Source of the DNA: an uncultured Flavobacteriales bacterium
GTDB lineage: Bacteria > Bacteroidota > Bacteroidia > Flavobacteriales_D > Sanyastnellaceae
DNA: 64,000 nucleotides
Assembly: GCA_913051865.1 (NCBI GenBank)
Contig: CAJXHE010000002.1
Location: forward strand, 8,828-72,827
Direction: 5' to 3'
The notes under the pieces were generated by a model, which was given only the letters and a program-made list of their open reading frames with translations, searched no databases and was not told where the DNA came from. How positions within the stretch are numbered: position 1 is the stretch's first letter; each line of letters begins with the position of its first letter. The translations under genes were made by a program, and so were the position numbers. Of the stretch, positions 27,927 to 36,139 are shown one piece after another.

Positions 27927-29318
27927 ATGGACATTAAAGATTATATTGATAAAAATCGTCAGCGTATGCTGGACGAATTGTGTGACCTGTTAAGAATCCC
28001 CTCAGTTTCTGCTGACCCAACTTTTGATGGCGATGTAAAACGCTGTGCCGCAGCTGTTGCAAGTTCTCTCCAACAGGCTGGCGCAAGCAATGTGGAAGTG
28101 ATGGCGACACCAGGACATCCAATTGTATTTGGGGAGTATCATGTGAGTGATGAGGCACCTACCGTCCTTGTATATGGACATTACGATGTTCAACCTCCTG
28201 ATCCGATTGATCTCTGGGATAACCCAGCTTTTGAGCCGATAATTAAAACAACGTCCAAGCATCCCGAAGGTGCCATTTTTGCAAGAGGAGCGTGTGATGA
28301 CAAAGGCCAAATGTTTATGCATGTGAAGGCCCTGGAATCAATGAAAGCGAGTGGTGAGGTTCCTTGCAATATTAAATTTATTATTGAGGGTGAAGAAGAA
28401 GTGGGAAGTTCACATCTAGACACATTTCTCGAAAAGCACAAAGACAAACTTTCAGCGGATGTCGTTTTGGTAAGCGATACGGGAATTATTTCAAACGATA
28501 TCCCATCTATTACTGTTGGACTCAGAGGGCTTTCTTATGTTGAGGTAGAAGTCACTGGACCCAACCGTGATCTCCACAGTGGTCTTTACGGAGGAGCTGC
28601 TCCCAATCCCATTAATATTCTATGTGAGATGATTGCGTCCCTTAAAGACGAAGACCAGCGCATTGCGGTTGAAGGATTTTATGACGACGTTCTCGAACTT
28701 ACAACAGAAGAACGAGAAGATATGGCGAGAGCTCCTTTTAATGAAGCGGCACACAGGGACAGCATAGGTATCGGAGCGCACGAAGGAGAAAGTGGTTATT
28801 CTCCGACTGAAAGAATGAGCATTCGCCCCACACTAGATATTAATGGGATCTGGGGTGGCTATATGAAGGAAGGTGCAAAAACAGTGATCGCTTCAAAGGC
28901 GACAGCAAAAGTGAGTATGAGACTTGTGCCTTATCAGGACCACGAAAAAATCACCTCACTCTTCACAAAGCACTTTAATAAAATAGCGCCGCCAAGTGTG
29001 ACTGTTAAGGTCACGGAAATGCATGGAGCAACGCCTGCTGTCACACCTACCGACAGCCCAGCGTATCATGCGGCATCTCTCGCAATGAAACATACATTCG
29101 GGAAAGATCCAGTGCCGGTTAGAAGTGGAGGGAGTATTCCCATTGTCGCATCATTTGAGCGCATACTCGGCTTGAAGACTGTGCTATTTGGGTTTGGTCT
29201 AGACTCAGATGCGATACACTCCCCCAACGAGCATTATGGCGTTTTTAATTTCTTCAAAGGCATTGAAACGATTCCCCATTTCTACACACATTTTGCGAGA
29301 CTTCACAATGAAGATTAG
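27927..29318 (+). CDS. M20-family metallo-dipeptidase (ArgE/DapE/ACY1/CNDP-like)
   Basis: Metal and catalytic motifs HYDVQP, ARGACDDKGQ, EGEEEVGS, plus the dimerisation-domain layout. The ATG at 27927 is preferred over the TTG at 27921. Confidence 0.85.
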   Translation: MDIKDYIDKNRQRMLDELCDLLRIPSVSADPTFDGDVKRCAAAVASSLQQAGASNVEVMATPGHPIVFGEYHVSDEAPTVLVYGHYDVQPPDPIDLWDNPAFEPIIKTTSKHPEGAIFARGACDDKGQMFMHVKALESMKASGEVPCNIKFIIEGEEEVGSSHLDTFLEKHKDKLSADVVLVSDTGIISNDIPSITVGLRGLSYVEVEVTGPNRDLHSGLYGGAAPNPINILCEMIASLKDEDQRIAVEGFYDDVLELTTEEREDMARAPFNEAAHRDSIGIGAHEGESGYSPTERMSIRPTLDINGIWGGYMKEGAKTVIASKATAKVSMRLVPYQDHEKITSLFTKHFNKIAPPSVTVKVTEMHGATPAVTPTDSPAYHAASLAMKHTFGKDPVPVRSGGSIPIVASFERILGLKTVLFGFGLDSDAIHSPNEHYGVFNFFKGIETIPHFYTHFARLHNED

Positions 29319-29772
29319 ATTTCTAAGCATCACTTCTATTGCAGTACTGGCACTTTTCACTTTGACAGGATGCTATCAGCAACTTGAGGTGATTGATGTT
29401 CAGGATTTTTCTGAAGTCCAAATCGGATTGAAGGGTCTCAAATCAAATCTAGACGTTCGGATTTATAATCCAAATTTCTTCCCAATTCAGATTAGCGAAA
29501 CCCAGATTTCTCTTCGGGTCAGAGAAGTAGATGCGGGAGAAGTCAGTCTCATTGAAGGAATTAAGCTCGGCGCAAGAGATACTGCGTTGGTGAGATTTAA
29601 TGTTGCCACCAGAGATGGTGCGATTGCCGAAATTCTTAAAGCGGATGTTATCAATTTCCTGAAGGGCGCAGATGTCCCTTTTTCTGCATCGGGAAAAATA
29701 ATAGGAAAATCGTGGGGGTTAACGATGGAAGTGCCATTGGAGCACTCGCAAAATATCAGTCTTCGCAACTAG
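29308..29772 (+). CDS. LEA_2 / NDR1-HIN1-like lipoprotein
   Basis: The ATG at 29308 gives a lipoprotein signal (LFTLTGC). The beta-sandwich-like sequence includes the pattern LDVRIYNPNFFPI typical of LEA type-2 domains. It overlaps the dipeptidase stop by 11 nt. Confidence 0.6.
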   Translation: MKIRFLSITSIAVLALFTLTGCYQQLEVIDVQDFSEVQIGLKGLKSNLDVRIYNPNFFPIQISETQISLRVREVDAGEVSLIEGIKLGARDTALVRFNVATRDGAIAEILKADVINFLKGADVPFSASGKIIGKSWGLTMEVPLEHSQNISLRN

Positions 29773-29788
29773 GATATAGACGCTCTGC

Positions 29789-30436
29789 TTAGTTATCTAT
29801 TTGTGAAAACATATAGGTCACACCGACTTCGGCCGTCATATTCAACATACGGTTGTTCCATCTTGATGTTCCAGTCGTCGTCTCTGGGCGAGGGACAATC
29901 GCAAGAATGCTTTGGGTGACACGCGCAAAAAGATGTGAGTGACCCCCATAGACCGTGCGTATTCCCAATACAGCTCCCAAATCATACTTTTTAATGGGCA
30001 AGCCAGTTGGATCCCAAGCCACGCCATAAAAATCTTCTTCTGCTGCGAGTAAAACCGAGGGTTGTAATCCGACCAGGATGTCAAACATTTTGTAGCCTGC
30101 TAAAGAATAGCTCATCGTTATAGGAAGGTCGATGTACGTAAACCGATATTTCCAGGTGTCGTAATCTTCAGGTGGATTTGGCGGTTTTTTACTCCCTTTC
30201 TGATTGTAAACGATGCCGAGTTGTATGTTTTTCTTCCCACGACGTCCAATCTCAACAGTAGCACCGAGGTTGAAGCCTACTTTGTTAAAGCCACCAATTC
30301 CATCTCCATGTATTTGGGATGCGGTAGCACCACCAATAAGTCCACCGTTAAATTGGAAGGCACGACCCTCTGAATACTCGGACTGCGCGGAAATCAAGTA
30401 TGGCAAAAAAGCAAATAACAAAAGGGCTTGACGCAT
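29789..30436 (-). CDS. Small outer-membrane beta-barrel protein (OMP_b-brl_2 / porin-family-like)
   Basis: 215 aa. Signal peptide ending ISAQ, alternating hydrophobic beta-strand pattern, Gly- and aromatic-rich. Confidence 0.65.
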   Translation of the reverse strand: MRQALLLFAFLPYLISAQSEYSEGRAFQFNGGLIGGATASQIHGDGIGGFNKVGFNLGATVEIGRRGKKNIQLGIVYNQKGSKKPPNPPEDYDTWKYRFTYIDLPITMSYSLAGYKMFDILVGLQPSVLLAAEEDFYGVAWDPTGLPIKKYDLGAVLGIRTVYGGHSHLFARVTQSILAIVPRPETTTGTSRWNNRMLNMTAEVGVTYMFSQIDN

Positions 30437-30443
30437 GATGTTG

Positions 30444-31313
30444 TTATTCAGCTAAATGGTGAGACAGACAATTGACGACTTCTCCATTTTCACTGTTGGC
30501 GACCACTAAAACAGATGAATTCTCAAAAACCCACTCAGGATTCCAGTTAAACGTATAGTCAGATTGAAATCCCTCTCCCTCAAGAGCATCAACGATGACC
30601 ACAAGTCCTTCAGCGCCAGAAACACTCCCTCTCAACATATGATCGAATTGGTAATCTGTAACGTGTTCAGGTTCTTCACCATAATACAACTGATCTCCGA
30701 TGAGTTTTGACTCTGTAAATAGGATGGCGAGCCTACATTCTCCATCTAGACCCCCGCTTGTGAATTGTCCGTTGACATGGATGTTCAGTTGACCATTGCC
30801 AGCGGAAGGATGCCAGAAAGTCTTGACTTGAAGCTGCAGGGGCGTTTCAGAAGCGAGTTCAGAAGTGACTTCCTCCGACCACTCAGCAGCAGAGAAGAAA
30901 TTCCCTGTCCCTCCTTTGCGGTTAATCCTCCCTAGGGGATTTGCTTGGAAATCGAGTTGAGCCCAATATATATCACTGTCCTCGTTTGTCCAATCGATGG
31001 GGTAGTCGTCGTTTGTGATGGCCAAATTTCCAGCGTGAATTCCAAGTGGAAAAACACGATCTGGATTCGATTCTGCCAAGCCTTCAGCAATCTCCGCAGC
31101 AGGAGGGCAGTTGCCACATTGATGGGCCGTAAAATCTTCGACCAATACGTTTTTTCCTGAAGTGGTGGCCGGTTGAAAAACGGGCGGGTTTCCATACAAC
31201 TCTAAATTGTACCCGCCAGAAAAAGGTATTATAGGATCTTCAATAACATCGCAAGCAGGAAGAAAACTAAATGCGGCTATTAAAACGATGGCGATATATC
31301 TACTAAGCTTCAT
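30444..31313 (-). CDS. Omp28-related outer-membrane lipoprotein with a thioredoxin-like CxxC motif
   Basis: Lipobox FLPAC. The segment VLVEDFTAHQCGNCPPAAE has a thioredoxin-like CGNC context. Size and pattern fit the Omp28-related family of Bacteroidota. Confidence 0.6.
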   Translation of the reverse strand: MKLSRYIAIVLIAAFSFLPACDVIEDPIIPFSGGYNLELYGNPPVFQPATTSGKNVLVEDFTAHQCGNCPPAAEIAEGLAESNPDRVFPLGIHAGNLAITNDDYPIDWTNEDSDIYWAQLDFQANPLGRINRKGGTGNFFSAAEWSEEVTSELASETPLQLQVKTFWHPSAGNGQLNIHVNGQFTSGGLDGECRLAILFTESKLIGDQLYYGEEPEHVTDYQFDHMLRGSVSGAEGLVVIVDALEGEGFQSDYTFNWNPEWVFENSSVLVVANSENGEVVNCLSHHLAE

Positions 31314-31344
31314 ATCAATCTAAAATAACCTCAAAATATTGAAC

Positions 31345-31412
31345 AAAAAAAATCCGCGTCTGTACGCAAGGTACAAAACGCGGATTCAAAATTATTAAGA
31401 CTGAGTCAGTCT
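31345..31412 (-). terminator. Double-hairpin rho-independent terminator after the T9SS redoxin gene
   Basis: On the minus strand, a perfect 7-bp palindrome AGACTGA-G-TCAGTCT (31398-31412) comes first. It is followed by a long hairpin with arms AATCCGCGT/ACGCGGATT (31351-31386) and an inner TGTAC/GTACA stem. That hairpin is followed by a T8 run, seen as the A-run at 31345-31352 on the plus strand. Confidence 0.8.
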
Positions 31413-31424
31413 ATAAGGAAAATC

Positions 31425-32927
31425 TTACTGAACGTTCGTAACACGAAGCGTAGATGTTTCGTTTCCTGCAGTGAGGTTTACAAGGTAAATTCCTGCTTCA
31501 AGAGAAGCGAAGTTTAACTGTAGAGATTGCGTTCCAGCAGCGATGTTGCCTAGGTTCATCTCGATCACCTTCTCACCAATGAGGTTGTACACGACAACAG
31601 ATGCCTGTCCTGCTTCAGCAGCAGAGAAAGAAAGGGTTGTATTGTCAGAGAAAGGATTAGGGAATACGTTCACGCTAGATGTAAGATCGTTTTCAGTGAT
31701 TCCAGTTACAGAAGTGACTTCCATGCCTGCAACCAATTCTCCGAACTCAACACCTGATGCACCGTTGTAATCGACTATGATACCGACGACGTCCATTCCG
31801 TCCATAGAAACGACTGAAGCAACACCATCAACGTAGTCACCCCACTGAGAAGCATAAAGCCCGTCTCCGTATGTGTCTAACATTGTGAAGACGTAGCATT
31901 CGTTAAGATCGAGAGCAACATCCCAAGTCAATGGAGTGTCATTTTGACCAGCCAACGCGCCTGTTGCAACGCCATCGATGTACACGCCAGAAGCCGACTC
32001 AATGGTCCAACCAGTCTCCTCAGGCCAGTTGTCAGTCGTGATACGAACTTGAACATATGATGTTGCTTCAGTTGAACCAACAATTGCAGCTGTTCCATCA
32101 GCATTCCAATCTGCACCGTTTACAGAAACAAGACTGTAGTCAAATGTTCCGATTTCGTTGTAAGATCCAAGATCTACAGTTTCATCTCCACCATTTGAAA
32201 GTACGCCTTCCCATGTGACCTCACTTTGAGCAACTCCGTTTAATTCAACAGCAAAAACCATTTCAGTGACATCGTCTGATCCAAGGTTAGAAACAGATGT
32301 AGAAGCCATCCACTCGCCTCCTCCACATGAAGAAGTCTCACCATTGTAAGTCATTAATGGAGCAGCACCAGTAATTGAGTTAGCGCAATTCTGAAATGCA
32401 GCAGCGACGTGCCCTTCAAAAGTAGTTTGACCTGACTCAACCAGTGAATATTCCATCTCACCTGTAGTTGCGTTCTCTGTTCCATCAGGACAAACAGTGT
32501 AGATGGTAGGGTAGTATGTGTTGCTGTAGCTGTCAAAAATATTAGATGCGTTGTCAATAATTGGAAAATTAGTGATAGACACCCAATCTCCAGCGGTAGC
32601 AGGCCCAGTTCCATTTAGGTCCGCATCAGTAGTGGTGTCATCAGATTCTAAATAGAAAACGTAAAGGTCTTCTGTGCCTTCTGGCCCAAAAGTCGAATAC
32701 ATATCTTCCAAAATACCAGCTTGAGCGTAACTCCAACAAGGACCGCACCATGTGGCTGAGAAATCAAGGATGACTGTATTTCCTTCCTCAAGAAGGTCGT
32801 ATAAATTCCACTCTTCACCGTTAATGTCAGTTGCGGTGAAGTCAGGTGCGATGCTACCAGAAGGAAGTTGCGCAAGAGCAGTTGAAGAGATAGTTAGAAC
32901 TGCGAAAAGCATGTAAATGTGCTTCAT
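31425..32927 (-). CDS. Secreted redoxin (AhpC/TSA-thioredoxin fold, WCGPC) with a T9SS type-A C-terminal sorting domain
   Basis: Signal peptide, then APDFTATDINGEEWNLYDL...VILDFSATWCGPCW (classic redoxin N-terminus). A ~300-aa middle region of unknown fold contains TTDNWPEETGW...DTYGDG. The C-terminal ~85 aa (VFPNPFSDNTTLSF...GIYLVNL...) fit Por_Secre_tail. Confidence 0.75.
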   Translation of the reverse strand: MKHIYMLFAVLTISSTALAQLPSGSIAPDFTATDINGEEWNLYDLLEEGNTVILDFSATWCGPCWSYAQAGILEDMYSTFGPEGTEDLYVFYLESDDTTTDADLNGTGPATAGDWVSITNFPIIDNASNIFDSYSNTYYPTIYTVCPDGTENATTGEMEYSLVESGQTTFEGHVAAAFQNCANSITGAAPLMTYNGETSSCGGGEWMASTSVSNLGSDDVTEMVFAVELNGVAQSEVTWEGVLSNGGDETVDLGSYNEIGTFDYSLVSVNGADWNADGTAAIVGSTEATSYVQVRITTDNWPEETGWTIESASGVYIDGVATGALAGQNDTPLTWDVALDLNECYVFTMLDTYGDGLYASQWGDYVDGVASVVSMDGMDVVGIIVDYNGASGVEFGELVAGMEVTSVTGITENDLTSSVNVFPNPFSDNTTLSFSAAEAGQASVVVYNLIGEKVIEMNLGNIAAGTQSLQLNFASLEAGIYLVNLTAGNETSTLRVTNVQ

Positions 32928-33061
32928 ATTATTTAGGTTTATAGGTTTATTTCTTAAAAATTATTCTATAAGTGGAATACTTAGCTCAAATTTGGTTCAG
33001 CTAATTTAGAAAAAATCTGCTGAGATATCTAGTTTTCACCCTGTTAAAAAAGAGTGTTCAT

Positions 33062-34735
33062 TTAAAAACTAGATGTAAAGGTTACTTCTAAACCACTTGA
33101 TGCAGGAACTGCGCGACATACCCCTCCTACACAAAAGATCCCTTCTCTTCGTTTTCCGTATCCGATACTCAATCGGTGTGGCCCATTAATATACCCTGCG
33201 GAACCATAGAGGTAGTGGACGCGTTTTGCTTCGTCTGGATTGCCGAAGTTATATTGGTCTATGATGCTGGCAAACCAGTGGGGACTCCATGTATACTCAA
33301 AAACAGCGGTTGCCCAATCTCCCTTATCCTGCTCGGTAAATAAAGCTTGAAATTCAGTGCGCAAACTTTGACGTTTTGCTGTTTTTATTTGTGTTTCTAA
33401 CACGAAAATGTCCGCAAAAACTATCCCCTTAAAATCTGTTGTTACAGGTGTAGCGAGGGTGTTAAATTGAAGATTCATATACATCGCTTTTGCTTTGAAG
33501 TTTTTAGAAAACTTTCTTTCGATCTCGAAACTTATATCCTGAACATTTAGGGAATCCCCGAATCCCCAGCTGTTTCTTTGGTATCCGTTCACAACACCTT
33601 CAACTCCACTAAAATGAGTCGTGTCTAGGCTATAAGACGTCGAAAAAACAAGATTCATTTTCGTGCCGTACTTGCCGCCCAGTTTTGACCCTCTCTTAAG
33701 ATTGTAGTACAGTTCTCCTCTGAAGCTAGACTCTCCATTGATCACGGTAGCATATGGGTATAATGTTGCCGCCAAGTTGTAGGTGTGATTTTTTGTAATT
33801 GAAGGGATGTTGTTAATAGGTGCATCAAAAAGAAGCAGGTCTCTATCCGAGCGAAAGCTCATGTTGTCAGTGATTGATCTCTGCAGTAGAAACGAAAAGT
33901 CTTTGATGTTTCCTGTGAGATAAGCCATTAACGCTTCCCCGTCTTTGTAGATGTATCCGTTGTCAGCTGAAGGGTCATTGATCTTCTTTGTAAGATTAAT
34001 TCCGCCTTTCCACATCCCATAATGAACGGATGCTCCGTACTCCCATCCTGCAACATTTTTTGGAAGCTCAAGGATAAGCGTATCCTTGACAATGTTTCCA
34101 CCCTCCTGAAATCGACTTACAAAGGAATAAGAAGGGGTAATTCTCAGCTTGGCATCTTCCAATCCTGGGATAAGGTCGTTGAGGTTGACTTCTGCGTTTA
34201 GGCCTCGAATAATGCCCTCACCATTAATCAGCTCACTGTCAAAATCCAATCTTTGCTTGCCATAGACCATTTTTACAGCCACTCCATCAATAGGGTTAAG
34301 CAAAAGGCGCACACCATCCATCGCATTGTCAAGTCCCAAGTCTCTCGCTTCGTAAGACCTGAAAAGATACCCTGCTCCGAATGTCTCGTAAAAATTCCCC
34401 ACAGTCACATCAACGCCAACTTCTCGGTCACTCCAACGTGCATATCGGTATCCAATTCCCGACCCTTTAAACCTTCCGGGAAAGCCGAGAACACTATTTA
34501 AATAGGATTCATAACGCAACCCGGCCGTGAAATTTCCTTGTGTGTAAATAATATTTGAATAGGCATTTAATCCTGATTTTCCAGGAGGCACAACCGCGCC
34601 GATTAGCGTATCCTCCTCGTATGATTGAAAGAGGATAGAAATATTTCCAGAAACGACACCTGGATTCGTTTCTTGAGATTTGACAACCCCACTCACAAGA
34701 ATTCCAAGCGTAAAAAATGCGATAAAATGCTTCAT
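33062..34735 (-). CDS. DUF6029-like predicted outer-membrane beta-barrel protein
   Basis: 557 aa with a signal peptide, amphipathic beta-strand periodicity, and a C-terminal OMP-type ending (...LEVTFTSSF). A CVGGVC pair sits just before the last strand. It starts 2 nt after the tlpA stop. Confidence 0.6.
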   Translation of the reverse strand: MKHFIAFFTLGILVSGVVKSQETNPGVVSGNISILFQSYEEDTLIGAVVPPGKSGLNAYSNIIYTQGNFTAGLRYESYLNSVLGFPGRFKGSGIGYRYARWSDREVGVDVTVGNFYETFGAGYLFRSYEARDLGLDNAMDGVRLLLNPIDGVAVKMVYGKQRLDFDSELINGEGIIRGLNAEVNLNDLIPGLEDAKLRITPSYSFVSRFQEGGNIVKDTLILELPKNVAGWEYGASVHYGMWKGGINLTKKINDPSADNGYIYKDGEALMAYLTGNIKDFSFLLQRSITDNMSFRSDRDLLLFDAPINNIPSITKNHTYNLAATLYPYATVINGESSFRGELYYNLKRGSKLGGKYGTKMNLVFSTSYSLDTTHFSGVEGVVNGYQRNSWGFGDSLNVQDISFEIERKFSKNFKAKAMYMNLQFNTLATPVTTDFKGIVFADIFVLETQIKTAKRQSLRTEFQALFTEQDKGDWATAVFEYTWSPHWFASIIDQYNFGNPDEAKRVHYLYGSAGYINGPHRLSIGYGKRREGIFCVGGVCRAVPASSGLEVTFTSSF

Positions 34736-34737
34736 GA

Positions 34738-35259
34738 TTATTTCGCCAACTTAAGCAGTTCTTCATACAACTCTTCCTCGTCTCCTTCTGCGTAATTGTT
34801 GTGAGACCAAACCAATTCTCCCGCCCCGTTGTATAAAAATGTATGGGGTACATTAATCACGTTCATGGCGCGTTTAAAATCTCCTGCGGGATCTAAAAGC
34901 ATGTCGTACTCCCATCCAGAACTCATCACGTAAGGTGCAACCCGATTTGTAGACCGGCTGTCATCGATACTTATTGCGACTATTTTAACCCCGGTTTCAT
35001 CTTGCCAGTCTCCGTAATAATCCATATAGTTGTTCAATTCTCTTTTGCATGGGCTACACCATGTTGCCCAAAAGCAAATGACAATAGGTTTACCGTCATT
35101 TTCTAATGTTCCAGTATCAATATTAGACCCAGTAAGATCTTTGAGTTCCACAGAAGGGATGGATTGAGTATATGCATCATCTGTCATTAATGAAAGTAAA
35201 ACTCCAGCGATCAATAGTCTTTTCGCTGTGCGATATGCTTTGTAGAAGTTTAAATGCAT
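34738..35259 (-). CDS. TlpA-family periplasmic thiol:disulfide oxidoreductase
   Basis: 173 aa. Signal or anchor segment, then PIVICFWATWCSPCKRELN (thioredoxin-fold CxxC in TlpA/ResA-like context). Confidence 0.85.
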   Translation of the reverse strand: MHLNFYKAYRTAKRLLIAGVLLSLMTDDAYTQSIPSVELKDLTGSNIDTGTLENDGKPIVICFWATWCSPCKRELNNYMDYYGDWQDETGVKIVAISIDDSRSTNRVAPYVMSSGWEYDMLLDPAGDFKRAMNVINVPHTFLYNGAGELVWSHNNYAEGDEEELYEELLKLAK

Positions 35260-35330
35260 GGTTTAAATATTAATAAGGAACAACAAAGAAACGGCTTTAT
35301 CACTAAAGCAGATGTATTACCTTCGTAACC

Positions 35331-36131
35331 ATGTTTTATACCAAACTCAAAACCCTCGTCTTGGCTTCGATGTTTTTATTTGTCGGAAACCTATCCGCAC
35401 AACTTACAATCATCGCTCCTTCAGACACGATTTTTGCGGCGCTAGACACGCTTAATGAATTGCAGGCGGGCGAAATTTCTATGCATTGGGATGTCTTGAA
35501 TGACTCAAATTCAGAAATGACATTAATGTGCACACGAACGTTCATAGATTCAGTATCACCGTTTAACTACCCGTTCGTTCAGTCATTGCCTGACGCTCCG
35601 GTTGAAGGTGCTTACGAGAAGTTTTGTTGGGGACCACTTTGTTACAACTACGGTACAGACGCATCATCTCAAAATCCTTCTCTACTTGTTAACCTTCCAG
35701 CGGGAGCAACCGAGAGCACATTTATTGCATATTATTACCCAGACGATGTTTCAGGAACAACAACTATTGAATATTGTTTTCACCCTGTTGACGATGTTGC
35801 GGCTGGTTCGTGTCATCAGATAACGTACGTTATTGATGAATCTGCATCTATTGAAAACGATCTCGATCGCCTCAGTGCTTCATCAATCGCGACGGTTTAT
35901 CCAAATCCTTTGGAAGGAACGGGCTGGCTAGAATATGACATTCGTATCGGTGATGTCGGTGAGGTTGTATTTAGGGATTTGGCGGGAAAGGAGATCATGC
36001 GAGAAAGCGGTTTGGTTTTAAGTGGAAAGATTGCAATAAATTCAGATAAATTCACACAAGGGCTGTGCTTTTGCACTCTGGAAATAGATGGTTTTGCTGT
36101 AAAAACCGAGCGCCTCGTGGTCATTCGATAA
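35331..36131 (+). CDS. Hypothetical secreted protein with a T9SS type-A C-terminal sorting domain
   Basis: Signal peptide (…GNLSAQ), a Cys-containing middle domain of unknown family, and a C-terminal segment VYPNPLEGTGWLEYDI...GLCFCTLEIDGF resembling Por_Secre_tail. Confidence 0.65.
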   Translation: MFYTKLKTLVLASMFLFVGNLSAQLTIIAPSDTIFAALDTLNELQAGEISMHWDVLNDSNSEMTLMCTRTFIDSVSPFNYPFVQSLPDAPVEGAYEKFCWGPLCYNYGTDASSQNPSLLVNLPAGATESTFIAYYYPDDVSGTTTIEYCFHPVDDVAAGSCHQITYVIDESASIENDLDRLSASSIATVYPNPLEGTGWLEYDIRIGDVGEVVFRDLAGKEIMRESGLVLSGKIAINSDKFTQGLCFCTLEIDGFAVKTERLVVIR

Positions 36132-36139
36132 CCGAATAA

